64,000 nucleotides of DNA from positions 56,296,001 through 56,360,000 of the forward strand of contig NW_024704744.1 in NCBI RefSeq assembly GCF_018977255.1, written 5' to 3'. The translations under genes and the position numbers were made by a program. This DNA comes from Callorhinchus milii (Eukaryota). Shown piece after piece: positions 50,169 through 63,860 of the stretch; positions within the stretch are counted from its first letter, which is position 1; the number at the start of each line of letters is the position of its first letter. The notes under the pieces were generated by a model. That model was not told the DNA's origin and did no database searches. It saw only the letters and a program-made list of their open reading frames with translations.

Positions 50169-51488
50169 CTGTATTGGAATAGAAAAAAGGAACATGGATT
50201 ATCGCAACAGTAAAGAAAACCAGGCACTTGAAAGGAAACATCCCAAATTAACACTGATTCTGGTGACAGCTCTGGAAGAGGGGGCTGGAGACTGGCACCA
50301 ATGAAGAGTTTGCATTTATAAATTACAAATGTTCTCTCATTGAAGACAATATGCATTATGTCTGCCTTTGCACTGTTGCACCACCATCGACCAGTGTCTA
50401 ATTTTGAATGTCCTTCCTTAGAGATCAGGAAAAGAGCTCTCATCAGGCACTGCTCTTGGCTTGTGCTATTTGATTCAACACTTGAATCCAACCAAAGAAA
50501 ACCCATGGCCCATGTCAGAAATACATTGGTATAATTCTAGCAGTTAGTTCACAAAAGACATTTCAGGACAACTTGAAGTGAAAACATGTCAATGTCTTGT
50601 GCCTTTTATGGCAGTCCGTCTCATGACTCACTTCAAGTGCTCCATTCATCAAAAAAAACTATTACAAGCGGGTTTACTGATAACGGGATACTGAGCCTAA
50701 TATATAACACTTGCCAATGGATATTTTATAATAAAAAAACCCAAGTGTGACTCCTTCCAGTAACCAGAAGCACATCATGCCAACCTGTGGGAACTCCAAT
50801 CTGAAAATGAGTGGTGTTCCCGCGAGTCAATGAGACATCAATTTCCTCTATTGTGCTGAGCAATTGTTTCCTCTCAACAACTTTCAATTCTTTACATACT
50901 GGGGCTGCTTCCATATTCAGCACTTCTCCTATACTCCTTGCTAGGTTCCAAACAACAGGCTTGTCCTCCGACAGATGAAGATCCTTTTCTCGCTTTTGTT
51001 CCTTTGTAACATTTTGTATCTCTTTTCTGCCTCACTGTCATTAGGGAATACCACTCCAACGCATAACCTACTTCAGACTGAGTTCACACAGATTTGCGTG
51101 AATCCTAGAAATTTACAGCACAGAAGAAGGCTTTTTGGATTTATCACATCTATGCTGGCTCTTTGAAAGAGCAATCTATTCAGTCCTATTTACCTGCCTT
51201 TTCCTCAACCTCCTACACATTATTGGGACTCATAGGGTGTACTTCTGGTTACTGGAAAGGGTTCATTCAATCCCATATAAAGAAATCCCATTAGAAAGCA
51301 CAGCATATCAGGTCCCAATGACAATAATACTACCCCGTGCACTTTATTATGCCTACATGAAGTGATATGAAACAGAAACAAGAGGACTGGTATCCCCTAA
51401 AGGAAATTCAGCCCCTGCTAACCAGCCATGCAAGAGAGCAAAGCACAAGATCACCACATGCCACAGCATAGCCCCATGCTCTCCTTAC

Positions 51489-51538
51489 CAAACAGTGATA
51501 TCCTATGTCTGACAAGTACTCCGAGTTTGCAGAACAGG
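51489..51538 (-). CDS. RYR2: RYR2 exon ~63 (50 nt) SLFCKLGVLVRHRISLF
   Basis: cag/GTAAGG; peptide match. Confidence 0.95.
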
Positions 51539-52919
51539 CTGAGGTGGAGAGAAGAAAGAAAAGGGAAGGGAGAAAAAACACAAAAGAAGGAAACAGCTGA
51601 GATAAAAGCCTGCAGAGTAATGACGGCATCACGCAGGAAGACCCCTGGATCTCCTCTCAGAGCTGAACAGAAGGAGATATCCACAGACATGTTATGTAAT
51701 GATAAGTCTAACACCAAAAGCTTTTATTCAGATGATACAAGCATATGTTAATAAATTAAAGTTAAAGAGGAGCACCTGTTATTGAGCGGAACGGGCACTT
51801 ATTACTTGACTGAAAGGTTTAATTTCACACAAAAAGCACAGGGAAATATAATCAACAAAAAGCATCTCGGGGCCAGCTGGAAGCAGTTTTACAATCAGGT
51901 CTAAAATGCCATATTCGTCCCAGCAAGTCGGCAATAGTGCCTCCTGCTGGTAACTGAAGTAAGTCACACCTATTCCACAGGACCACCACTCCAGAGTAAA
52001 GCTCTCATAACTCAGCGGGATACATAACATAATGGGACATATATGTGGATATTAAGACCAGGTTTGTAACTTACTGTTGCAAGTACCAGGCTTTCCCCAC
52101 CAATGTAGCTTTTCATTCTCCATTCCATACTTTCTTCACTTTCTTACAACAACTTGCACTTATATAGCGTCCTACATGCAGGACAGCTTCTCAGAGCGCT
52201 TAACAATGGCGGAGCCTGACTCCAAGGACTCCACTTTCTTAACCCTTTTCTTGCTTTCTGGCTCTCTTCATGTATCATTGCATGCTATGACAGGAGAGGT
52301 CTTCTCTGAGAGTGCTCTGGCCATTGTGATCTAAAACCAGCTGCTGGATTGCACCTGGTGCACAGGTAGCTCGTGGTCTGATTTTATACCCTGGCAAAAC
52401 ACCCACGCTCTGCTCCAAATCTCTCTCCAATTTCCTAGCCAGGAAAGCACACTGGCTTGCTGTGCAGGTATGATTCCAGGTCACAGGCTGTTTGTTGAGC
52501 AGCATGTAGGAATGCTGCAAAACAGTACTGCTGGGAGCTCTCCTTTACTTTTACAATAAGTGTGAACTAAGTGAATTGTATCCTAATGTATATTTGTAGC
52601 ACATTTGTAACCTTCTCCTTTTGATTTGCAGTGCGTGGCCCCATTGCAAAATTCAGACCCTGCCATTGTCAATCTAGCAGGGGACACGAGTAACAACGTT
52701 CAAGTGCACGACCAGCATTTAAAATAGTTTTCTTTTAAAGCAGCAAGGAATTTTTTTTACACAAACGTAGGCTGTAACTTACAAATGTAATCTTAAATGC
52801 TAAATTACAGGCTAAAGAGATGCACATGTCTTCCCTTTCGTCCACCTCAGCAGTGCAAGATCTAACATTTACCAAACAGTGACAATAGTTGGCAGGCAAA
52901 TGCAGACATGGTTAATTGA

Positions 52920-53440
52920 GAGCATAGGTAAACAGGAAGAAGCCATTCAGTCCATCGATCCTGTTTCACTCATGTATTAAATCTTGGCGCGTCTTTTAAT
53001 TCCAATCCTCTGCCCTTGTGCCATATCCCCTATTATCGCTAATTAAATCTGTCTGTCTCACTTAGAAACATCCCTATTGATTCCACCCCTATAATTTTGG
53101 ATCACAGCATTCCACATCTTCATAACCTTGTGACAGAGATGGAAATATTTTTTCTTCTTTTGCATATGTATCCAGAGCCAAACCCAAACCTCAACAATGT
53201 CCACATTAAAACAACATCCAGCAGGGAGAACAGTACAGCACAGAAACGGGCCATTTGGCCCAGTCAGTCTGTGCTGGTGTTTTTCTCCACCTGAACCACT
53301 TTTCTCCACTTTATCCAACTCTCCTTCTCACTCTCCATAATCTTTAATTCTCCTCTTTTTCAAGCATCTAATTACTTTTTAAAATCTGGAAAGGACTCAC
53401 CTCCAACAACGAGCTGAAGAAGAGAACTCCACATTCCAAA
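52920..53440 (-). mobile_element. Degenerate CR1 3' fragments (two)
   Basis: gaagaagccattcagtccatcga..., acagcattccacat..., gggccatttggcccagtcagtctgtgctgg. Confidence 0.6.
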
Positions 53441-53831
53441 TGTTATTCACAATTTCCATTCTCTACCCTTTTATGTTCGGCACACACACACACACAGAAT
53501 TGGACTCTCTCTGCATAGGTCTTTCACTAAGGCTGGGTTGGCCATTATGCTTTGTTTGTTCAGTTAGCACAAATATGATACATCTGTCTGAATTTGTGGA
53601 TGAAAACACAATGCCAAACCATGTACAGTTTTGTCCCATTAACCCACTCACTCACCCTGTTATAAGGTGATAATTGCACTGTGGGAGATGAAGCTGCAAC
53701 AGGGGATACTGAGAAATAGATTTCCTGTTATCCCCGAACACTATCAATGTGCACTGTACTCTGAGGTGTCTGGACCCTAAACGTGAAAACCTCACATCCA
53801 AACGCACACTGAAAAGAGCGCTCGATGTTAC

Positions 53832-53953
53832 CTTGTTACCATTTCCTTCTCCTTGTTCGAGGCGTGGCCCCCACTACTGAGAGGTCTACTTGCAGTGGAC
53901 AAGAAGTAAAGGCGATGATTCTTAAAGTATTGATCGGTTAGAGGAAGAACAAC
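53832..53953 (-). CDS. RYR2: RYR2 exon ~62 (122 nt) [40 protein letters not shown]
   Basis: cag/GTAACA; peptide match. Confidence 0.95.
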
Positions 53954-55533
53954 CTGTGGAAATGAAATGAAATTCAAGCTGGTGCATTTCTGGAAATAAA
54001 TGTACATCCACTGTGGCTAAAGCAGCAATATTCCAAAATTACAACACACTGAAGGAGTATGGGGAGGAACAGGATTATATAATATCGAGAATGCAAATTT
54101 TCCATGAGAAGGAAGCATCTTACAGCTTCAGGATGTTCTGCTGCCATCAGTGTTGGTGTAAACCCAAGAGAAGATAATGGTTTTCAAACATACATGGTGT
54201 ATTATTATAAAGGGACACATCTTTATAATTATAGCCATCCTGATTTATATTTTCCTTTCAGTCCAAATTTACCCCCAAATTCAAATGAATTGGCTGCTCA
54301 TCTTTTTTCTGCTTATAGGGTACTGCTGGCACACATCAACTGCCAAAAACAACATTCCCTTTCATTTCAAATCAGTAAAATACTTCAAGACGATTAATTT
54401 AATGTGAAAGGCAGCATTAATTTAAACTATTATGTTATATTAGTAATTTGTTAACAATAATAACATTACAAATAATCATTATCAAAAACAGCAGCTGGAA
54501 GGCAGGCAGCCTATTCTCAACGACAGGGAAGACATGAGTGTCAGTTTCACTCCCGTTAACGCCACACACAAGTGAATCTGATCTGACAGAATCAAACTAC
54601 GTCATGTGCCGTTAGCATGTAAACAGCAGCAAAATAGTTTAAACATTTTATTCATGAAGACAGCTCCAAGGTGTGCTCGTGTTTATTAAAAAACATGTGA
54701 ACACAATGATGCACATCGCCACGTTGTCCTGAAAAAGATACACAATTGGACCACCCTCCACACAATGATCAAGGCAAGGCTACTCCTGCCCTCAAACGAT
54801 AATATCCTCTTCGCCTTCACTCCTGAAAATGTCAATTCTTTTCTGGACTACAGAGCTCCAGGCTCCCCATGTTAGTTCACCCAAGTGGCTGTTCTTCACT
54901 TGGATTGAGCAGGTGATTTGATCAAGAGAATGGGAAGTATTAGCAACATAGAAAAACAGGAACAGGAGGGAGTCATTCAATCCATTTTGCCTGTGTCACC
55001 AGTTTATAAAAGATCTGCCAAGATTTAAATCTCAATACCCCGCTCTTTTGCCTTACCCTTTAATACCACTATAATCCACATATGTGTCTTCTCTCTTTTA
55101 AACATCCCTATTGATTCTGTCTCTCGAGCTTTCTGATCCCATCCTTACTTAATGCCCACTGGATTCCCTGGATCCCGTATGGTAATGATGTCCCGAAATC
55201 CCAGGATTACAACCCCTAGTTCCAGTATTAGCAATGAAGGACTTATCTGTGCTCAGCGGATAATGGAATTTTCGAGCTAAACTCCTGATATGCAGTTAGA
55301 ACCATATTTCCTGTATTTGCGTTCCCACTAGCACTGGGAAGTTCAATGGGAAGGACTGGGGAGGGAGGCTGGCCCTAGCCAGCTGGGTACAAGTAAGTCC
55401 TTCATTAAGAACATTAGTACTAATTTATGAACAAGAAGAAATGTGTTGCTTTTCCTTATCTTATTCTTGGGCAAATAAGAATGGGCTAAGAAATGATTCC
55501 AAATAGTATCCCCATAGTTCTAAAACTTTCTAC

Positions 55534-55598
55534 CTTGGCAAAGAACTTGACTTCCTGTTCATGAGGGAACCTTTCTCCTTTACCTCTGGAACAAACAT
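55534..55598 (-). CDS. RYR2: RYR2 exon ~61 (65 nt) DVCSRGKGERFPHEQEVKFFAK
   Basis: cag/GTAGAA; peptide match. Confidence 0.95.
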
Positions 55599-56094
55599 CT
55601 GGAAACAGGGACAAAAAGAGGACAGATTTACAAATAATTCAATGCCTCTCAAAGTCTAACCACTGAAGTTGCTACAATCTATAAAATATGCAATTTTTTA
55701 AAAATGCAGGATTTAAAAAGCAACATTTGGAAATTTGGAAGAAATCAGCTAAGATATTGATGATGCCAAACTTGTGGGAACAGGGTTAACTTGAGTCGGG
55801 AGTGATATCCCTGATGCAGTTCCAAGTACTGGAATAAGTAACCCCTCACATCCTTGATAAAGGAACACCGCGAATATTGACCGCAATATCATCAAATAAA
55901 GGAACATGGTTTACACTATTCTTCAATTAATGGATAATGTTCTCAACAGTGCAAATGGAACTCAGAATTCTATATTAAACATAATTTGATAATCTGGAAA
56001 CAAGAACAGGTTTAAAAAATAAAACATATTTTTAAGTAGACTTTTCATACCCCCATTCCTCACCTCAGGTCAACTCAACCCCATACGCTTATTA

Positions 56095-56255
56095 ATAATA
56101 ATAATCCTTGCATTTGATATAGCCATATCACTTTGTTGAGACGTTCGAAAATGATTCAAAGCATATACTGTCATGTGAATTGACTGTGTATTTTGTGGGT
56201 GAACTGCAGTAGCCAGTTTCGCACAACAGTGTCTCACAAACAGCCATGGAATGAT
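56095..56255 (-). mobile_element. SINE 3' half
   Basis: Family tail and body. Confidence 0.75.
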
Positions 56256-57263
56256 CAATTACAGATGTGCAGGTGACCTGCACTGAGACCACCAACAGCC
56301 ACTCCATGATAAACAGCTTGTGCTGGCTTGTGATCAAGGGTGAACTGTAGTCCGATCTTGCCTTTCTTCATGAGGGGAACAAATTTCCTCCACACATTAC
56401 TTTTGCCCAACAGAGTGGCTGAGAGTGGAGGCTTCCTGTGTGAGAACAGTGGGTGTGATCCTACATAAGGTGGCAAAAACACTTTGGGAATCCCAGCACC
56501 GTCCCTCCAAAAGCAATATTCTGCTTTGCATGTTCACGAATTGTTTTTTTTACCATCTTTGTTTTCGCCCACAAAATACACCGTATATTCTATGAAGCAC
56601 TTTGAGATGTGTCTCAACACTTTGAGACATCTCAAAGACATGATAAGACGGTGTATCAAATGCAAGGATTATTATTTTTATTTTGACTCATGTTGAGTAA
56701 ATAGTTGTTATTGCAAGGACCTGCCATCGCTGGCATTCAAGCCACTGTAATGACCCTGGAAGAAGGCCATTTGACCCATCGTATCTGTGCTGGCTCTTTT
56801 AAGAGCAATCCCTTCAGCATCAATACCACCTGGGATTGACTGCCATTGTGTGGATGAAGGAAAGCTCTACAGTCTGCTGTTGTCTCGCAGTCTATTCAAA
56901 ATCAGAGCTCAACAAGCAGTGTAGCCTATTTTACATTAAATTAATCATTCTATTTCATAATCGGGTGGCTGTTTTGAAAACTGGTTAAAAAAAATGGGGT
57001 GGGGGTGTTTGGGGGCGGTGAAGAGAGAAGAAATATGCCATGTAACATTAAAATCATTGAACACTGACCAGGGTGGGGGATGAGAGAGAAGAGGAAGCAG
57101 TTAATATAATCCATTTTTCTGCATAACAAAAAAAATTGTTACATATTATGTTGCATTCTGCTGGTTTATTAAGAATATATATTGGAGCTGAACAGTCAGT
57201 CTGATGAACTTTGCATTCCAAGTGCTTTAGGTTCAAAGTGATGTTAATGTGCAAGGACTTTAC

Positions 57264-57379
57264 CAAACTGCAGAATGTATTCATGAGCCTGATCCACGTA
57301 TTTGATGAGCTGCTGAAGGAAGCTGTAGGCAAATCTCTTTTCAATTGAAGGTGTATCCAACTCCATGTCCTTTAATCCC
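57264..57379 (-). CDS. RYR2: RYR2 exon ~60 (116 nt) GLKDMELDTPSIEKRFAYSFLQQLIKYVDQAHEYILQF
   Basis: cag/GTAAAG; peptide match. Confidence 0.95.
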
Positions 57380-57812
57380 CTGGGGACAAAACAAATGGCT
57401 AACATCAGAATTGTTCTCCTTTATTCCAATGGTACTTGTAATTTTCTTTTCTTGCTATTTCCTCTTCTGCCTTATAGATACCGTTCTATGGGCTCCGTGA
57501 GTACCTTACCCAAATGCAAATTTTTCATGCCTGGTTCCAGACATCAAGTGTCAGCAGGCTGTTTAACAGCAGAGAGTATCAAAGCCAAGACAATTTAACT
57601 ATAGCTGGTGTTCTATGAAGTGACACTTCAGGAATCTTCAGATTGGCCTCTGATCTGATCAAGATGCCAAAGTCAGGGGGGAAGGAAATTCATGCCCAAA
57701 TTCAGTCCTTAATAACAGATTGGAAACTGTAATTTTGTTTTGCAATGTGACAATATCATTTGAAATGTGGTACCTGGATTGGGTAAATGTGCCTTGCAAC
57801 AGAGAATATTAC

Positions 57813-57936
57813 CTTGAGACTGCGTAGCCATTGATCTGAAGAAACTTGAGAATTTCCTGTGCTTTCTCCCTGTCTCGGGATTTCTCCTTGGCTGTGAGTG
57901 TATCGTATGGCACCAACAGAGGATGGTTTCCTCCTC
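57813..57936 (-). CDS. RYR2: RYR2 exon ~59 (124 nt) [41 protein letters not shown]
   Basis: aag/GTAATA; RyR repeat motif [11 protein letters not shown]. Confidence 0.95.
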
Positions 57937-58819
57937 CTTTGAGGAACAACAGTAAGCAGAAACAGCAGCAAGAATCAGTTCCCTCCCATCACAATCCTTA
58001 TTTCTCCTCTAGATGAACCCTCAAAGGAGGGTATGTGCCAGTGACTGCGCAGCTAATCTCATCCAGGGCATTGAGAAGGAGAGAGGAAGGGTGGGGTGTG
58101 GGGTAGTAGGAAGGCACTTGTTAGGTAGATCAATGATTCCCAATAGGAGGGAGGGAACATCAGCAAGTAAGTTAGGTTGCCCTGCTCTCACATATCTTTC
58201 TTTGATCTTGCAATGGGAAAACAATAGGTTGGGTATTCTGGAAGGATGAAATCAATGGGCTGATGGACCTTCTACATCCATATCTCTCATGTGATCTTGT
58301 GTGAAGTCCTAAGTGCAGATTATAGAATGAGGGGTTAGCGATGATCTGATCTTACACCGACCAACTGAAATGGATTATGCTACAGTGGGACTCGAAAGGG
58401 GGAATTGAGAAGGATGAATAACAAAATAAAGCTACATAGCAGATGTCACGTGCTCTGATTAGGAGTCCTCTAGGATGCTTGTTGTTAGAGGAGAAACAAT
58501 TAAAGAGGCTTAAACTGGTCAGACTGCAAACCTTAAAGCAACTAACAACTGCCAAAATAAAAGCTACTTGAGGAATGGCACTTTTACCTTCATCAATAGC
58601 AAACGTGCCATTTCCTATACAGAGGAGGTGAACATCGAAGGAAAAAAAATAGAAAATGAACAATGCATCCATCTGTCAGTGTCTTATTGTATTGAAATGT
58701 CTCAAAGTGCTTCACACAATTAATTACTTTGAAACCTAATCACAATCATTATGCTGGCAAACACTGCAGTAGCCATTTCCAATAAACAGCAAGAGGAAGA
58801 ATGACCAAGCAATTAACTG

Positions 58820-59240
58820 ACTCAGTTGGTAGCACTCTCAACACTGAATCAGCAGATTGTGCGCTCAAACCCTATGTCAGCACTTGGAATGACATAGTCT
58901 CAGGTGACACTCCAGTGCGGTGCTGGGGTAGTGCAGCACTATTGGTGGTGCCGTCCTTCGGAGAGTCATAAAACTGAGGTCCTGTCTGCTTTTCAGGTGG
59001 ACAATAAAGATCCCCTGGTGCAATTCAAAAAGAGAAGGTTACTCCCGGTGCCCTTTCCAACAATCCCTCAAATACAATTGGTCATTCACTTCATGGCTGC
59101 TTTTGGGACATTGCTGTGCACAAAATTGGCTGATGAGTTTGCCCACTAAACACACAGTCATTCCACTTTAGAATAAATCCTGTGAAGTGCTTCGAGACTC
59201 CTCCCAACATGAAAGGCCCTCTACAAAATATAAGGATTAT
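58820..59240 (+). mobile_element. Full-length Deu-domain SINE (SacSINE1/AmnSINE-like) with tRNA head
   Basis: ctcagttggtagcactctc head; gacactccagtgc...ggtgccgtccttcgga...aaactgaggtcctgtctg...aaagatccc Deu core; L2-like tail. Confidence 0.8.
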
Positions 59241-59479
59241 GGGATATGCAATATTCGCCCAAACCATCAGAACAGAGAGAAGGGAACTTGGTTTAACAGC
59301 TTATCCAATGGACAGCACCTCTGACAATGCAGTGTTCCCTAAGTACTGTACATGAAGAGTCAGGCTGTACTTGTGAAGTTGGTCTCAAACCCATGATATA
59401 GAAGTAAGAGTTTTACCAAATGAGCCAGACATACACACTGAAATTTAAAACCTAGTGCGTGAACAATGACAAATATATT

Positions 59480-59616
59480 CAACAACAACAAGATTACATT
59501 TTTATAGCACCTTTCACGTCGGGAGGACATCCCAAGGCACTGGACAGTGTACAATATTTCAGACCCGAGCTGGGGTCAGGGAGGAAGAAAGTAGGGGAGG
59601 GGAAGGGGGGGTGGCC
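59480..59616 (-). mobile_element. L2 3' tail
   Basis: caacaacaacaagattacatttttatagcacctttcacgtcgggaggacatcccaaggc. Confidence 0.8.
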
Positions 59617-60621
59617 GCTTATTCATTATTAATATTCATTACAGAATTGAAACCAATTCAATTTGTTGCAGCCAAATGCTCGAAAGAGCTATTTTAAACA
59701 ACAAAATGGCTTTTGTCGTTTAATAATTAAATTGGAACTCAACACAAAATTAAAAATAGCTCTCTCTTTGTAACATGAAGCAGATTAACTGCATCTTGAA
59801 ATTTCTTTCAAAACTGCATTTTTCTTGAAAGGTAATTATTAAGTCAAGGTGGTTGACCCACTTATTTTCTTACAGATTGCTACTGTGATTTGTCTTCTCC
59901 TCTCTATATACAGAGGAGACACAATGGGGAACTGCAGGACACTAAAGGAATTGTAAGTGAGTCATAACAATGCAACATTAGTAGCTCCAGTGGAGATGTA
60001 CATACAAAAGACTGATCCAATATTTCTAGCAAAATAAATTTACCTCCGTTTGTGTCTGATAATCACACATCTGCAGACAGTGGATAGAAGCGTCATGCAA
60101 ATATTACAGAGTTAATGTGTGTTGAAATCAGTACACAAAGAGTTACTGGAAATCGACAGCAAAGACAGGGCACAGATTTGATTCTGTTCATTTTGATCAG
60201 CAAAAGAGCTGGGGCGAAAAATTCTTCTCATCACTAAAGGTTTTAGCTATACTCTTCTGAAGCTAAAATCGCACAGTTGACTCACATCAATATCACTACA
60301 CTTAATGACAGGAATTCCTCAGTGAGGCATGAAAGTTATTTCCACTGGAGAAGGGACAATATATATCATAAAGATATCATAACGTTATTTTGTCAATCTG
60401 AAAACAGCAAGGCAGTGCAGCACTGGTGCATTGTACCATAGAGTAACTGATCATGGGTACATTCCTATTACCGTACACTCGCTCAGTAATTGAACCTCCG
60501 CATGGATAATACAAGGATGTATATAAATTGAATGACCAACATAAAGTGGAACCTAACAATAATATTTTTTACATTGGTGTAGCTTCTTTCACACCGGGAG
60601 GATGTCTCAAAGCACTTCACA

Positions 60622-60876
60622 AGGCGAAACCTTGGGCAAGTTTCCTTACTCCACACGCCTAATAATAATCCCTCCAAAACCAAAAACAATAATAAATTGG
60701 TAATTTTCAATCCACGACTGTTTGTGGGACATTGCTGTGCGCAATTGGCTGCCGCGTTCACCCACAAATATACAGTCAATTCACTTTACAGTATATTCTG
60801 TGAAGCGCTTTGGGACGTCCTCCCGACGTGAAAAGCGCTATATCAAATGCAAGGATTATTATTATTATTATTATTA
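60622..60876 (+). mobile_element. 5'-truncated young SINE inserted antisense into an older SINE tail
   Basis: gcgaaaccttgggcaagtttccttactccacac...(att)n; flanks 60565-60621 and 60877-60915 rejoin into the minus-strand consensus cacttcaca|tatactgtaa. Confidence 0.8.
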
Positions 60877-61161
60877 TATACTGTAATGTGTAGTGACTGT
60901 GTTTGTAGGCGAATGTCCAATGTCCAAGATGGACCATTGCACGGCTGCACCATATAAAACCTGGTGGCTCAGCAGAGAAGCACCAGTCTGTCAATGCAAG
61001 CAAGCAATGTGCAAAGATAAATCAATGCACATACAGAAATCCTCTCAGAACTGGAGTTCAGACCTCAGCCACCAAAGCACCAGGAGTACATGAAATCCAA
61101 CTGACTAAAACCCAACTGGAAACAGCAATATACTGGATTACAATGCAACATACTTCATTAC

Positions 61162-61237
61162 CTTTAACTTCCAGCTCAGTTTTCTTCTTCTTGGCCCAGA
61201 TGTTGTGATAGTTCTCAGCTAGGAGCTCTGCCATGGC
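61162..61237 (-). CDS. RYR2: RYR2 exon ~58 (76 nt) [25 protein letters not shown]
   Basis: cag/GTAATG; RyR repeat peptide. Confidence 0.95.
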
Positions 61238-61649
61238 CTGCAATCCACCATAAGAACATATGCTCAATTACTTAAAAACAGTTAAAATCCTGTGGGGCAT
61301 AATTTGTGGAAATGGGGAAAATTACAATCCACAAAGCAACATCCCATTTATAACAGAGTTCAGCATTAAAATCACAAGAGAGGAGAAGGTGATATCCTAT
61401 TTTGATCCTTATAGTTCTGGCTGCTGCACACCAAACAGGTCACCCAGAAGTAATGCAGATTAGAATAACAATGATGATCCCCAGTTTTACATGGATAAGC
61501 TATGAAGAATGACTAAATAAACCAGGACTCTCTAGCCTTGAAGAAATGTTTGAGTAGACCAGCAATATCACTGTCCAAACTCTCACATGAAAAATGCCCC
61601 CTTGGGCAGGGCATCATTGCCTGTTGAACCATACCATGGCACAAGGGAC

Positions 61650-61990
61650 TGCTTTATACTTATATAGTGTCTTTCTCATTAAGAGAATGTCTCAAAGTGC
61701 CAAGCACTGCTGTGTGGGCACCCAAGCCGGGGCGAACATCTCAAAACCTTTCAGTTTCTATAAAGTGTAGTGATTATGTATTGGTAGGTGAAAACAGCAG
61801 TCAATTTATGCACAGCATGTCCCACAAACAGCCATAAAGTGAACCACCAACTTTATTTAGGGGATCATTGATCAAGCCATGGGGAGAAACTTCCCTCTCT
61901 TATCGAATAGCGCCATGGGGTTTTAAATGATCACTTGGTCAAACAGGCCTTGGTTTATCATCTCATCTGATCCATGGCACCAACGACAAT
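61650..61990 (-). mobile_element. Old Deu-SINE
   Basis: gtcccacaaacagcc, tcgaatagcgccatgggg and ggccttggtttatcatctcatc motifs. Confidence 0.6.
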
Positions 61991-62603
61991 GTACAGGAGC
62001 GGCATCTAAGACAAAGTTCAAAGGTCTGATGTGGAACCGAAACCCATAATTTTCTGGTGAAAGTCCAGGTCTGGTGACTTACTGGAACTGAGCCAGGTTG
62101 ACAGCAAAATAATAACACAAAGTGCAGTGATAGGTTACTGGGAGCAAGGCGTCTGCTCAGCTGTGGGCTGTGTGTGAGAGAAGCTAGACTGTGGGAAAAG
62201 ATTCACTCTGGGTTGCTGGTAACAATCAATCTCACAACTACAATCCTTTTGGGAGTATGCAATCACCATCTGATGCAGCAGAAGAGAATGCAGCTCCTTC
62301 TTTCGAATAGAAACCATCGTTGAATTACTCTGCGAGGTGATGTTAAGAATGTAGCACCTTCAGCTTGATCTGGCAGTTTGTTGTAACTGGACACACTACG
62401 GTCTCAATTCCAAGTGATCAGTCAATAACATTCACTTAGCCGACACTGGGTACAGTGACATTAGGGTTGCACTGAAAAAATGGTTTCAACTTCTAAAGGC
62501 TTTTCATGACAACTCAACAATTACTTTCAACCACAGGTCACGCGCTCACTCACATAGAATGCAGGCAGAACACATGTCTTTGATAGCAATAGAGACAACT
62601 TAC

Positions 62604-62681
62604 ATGCAGGTCTCTGGAAAGTGTGACATTGCTCATGTCGATGGGTCGTGGGCTGTAGCCATGTGCAGAATCAACAGAAAC
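62604..62681 (-). CDS. RYR2: RYR2 exon ~57 (78 nt) VSVDSAHGYSPRPIDMSNVTLSRDLH
   Basis: cag acceptor, GTAAGT donor, phase 0-0. Confidence 0.95.
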
Positions 62682-63564
62682 CTGAATGACACATGCAAAG
62701 ACAGTTTTAATGCCGGTCGGTAACAGAGGCACAATTTCCTTTTGGACCAATTTGAATAAAAATTACACCATATACTGCAGAAAGAGCCAGCAAAGCAGCA
62801 TTCAGTAAAACAAAACAGGAAGGGAAATCTTACATCCACAAAATAACTTAATTTTGAAAGTATGGTATTTATTATTTTCTCCTCAAGCCTCAGAATATCT
62901 ATTCTGTGTTACTGTGAGGTGAACCTTTGCCGGATCTCAAACAAAATAACCATAACTGTAGCCTGGCCTACCTATTACTACCTCTCCACATTGGCATAGC
63001 TAAGGTCAGAATTTCCCGCATGGGGGAAATCATGAGCGTAAACTTGCATCTTTCTACACTGCGCTGCAAGAAAGTGAAGTGACTGTACCAAACCATCCTT
63101 GAAAACATTGCTCCAATATTGTAGATTGGCCATAAATTTGATACACCCTTTGAAAGAAAATTTCCAGTAACCATGGTGTCCATTAACTGGTGAAAATGGC
63201 AAGTGACATGGCAGGTTTAACAATGAGTAACTATTGAACACACACATATACACACACACTGGACTGCTTTTGTGCTCAAAATCAGGCATCATCACTTTCT
63301 AAATCTCTCGGAAGCCATATTTATGCAAAATTTTCAAATAATAAGTTAGCTAGGATTCAGATTGTTTGGATTGAAAACCAATAAAACTCAGCTCACACCG
63401 ATTCCAATTGCATGGAGCTCAAAGTGTAACACTTGTTAAATTTAACTTGACTTTTTTCTTGCTTTTATTGCCTCGCATTCTTTTTGATTTAGCCAAATGC
63501 AAGAGAATAATATTATCTGGAGACCAATTTAGACCAGTCTGTTTAATTGAACAAATCAATACAA

Positions 63565-63860
63565 TTTGCATGTACATAATGCCTTTCAGTTGGGAAGATG
63601 TCTCAAAGCCCTTTATAGAGTTGGCTGGGCACCCAAGTTAGGGTGAGGAGGGATCTGAAGAGGGGAGGGGGAAAGATGACCGAATGCACAGTAAAAGAGG
63701 TAAACCTTAAACTGAGCTTTAAAAGAGGGAGGGAGGGAGCAAGTCGGAGTAACATCAGGAAGGAGTTCCAGAGAACAGAGGCAAAACAGCTGAAAACTCA
63801 TCCAATGATACTGTGTGCCCTTGATTACAATTATACAAGGGAGGCAAGGTACTCTGATGA
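63565..63860 (-). mobile_element. Degenerate L2 3' fragment
   Basis: SFKAQFKVYLF-like peptide, ggagttccagag, tail. Confidence 0.6.

Noticed and set aside
52869-52882. 14-bp match to the end of exon 63 plus donor (possible mutually exclusive duplicate)
   Set aside because: Similarity does not extend upstream and there is no acceptor at the expected distance
53826-53840. Tandem GTAACA donors at exon 62, the +4 GTGAGC donor at exon 88 and the NAGNAG acceptor at exon 59
   Set aside because: Common features; only the annotated sites give the conserved peptide, and there is no evidence the others are used
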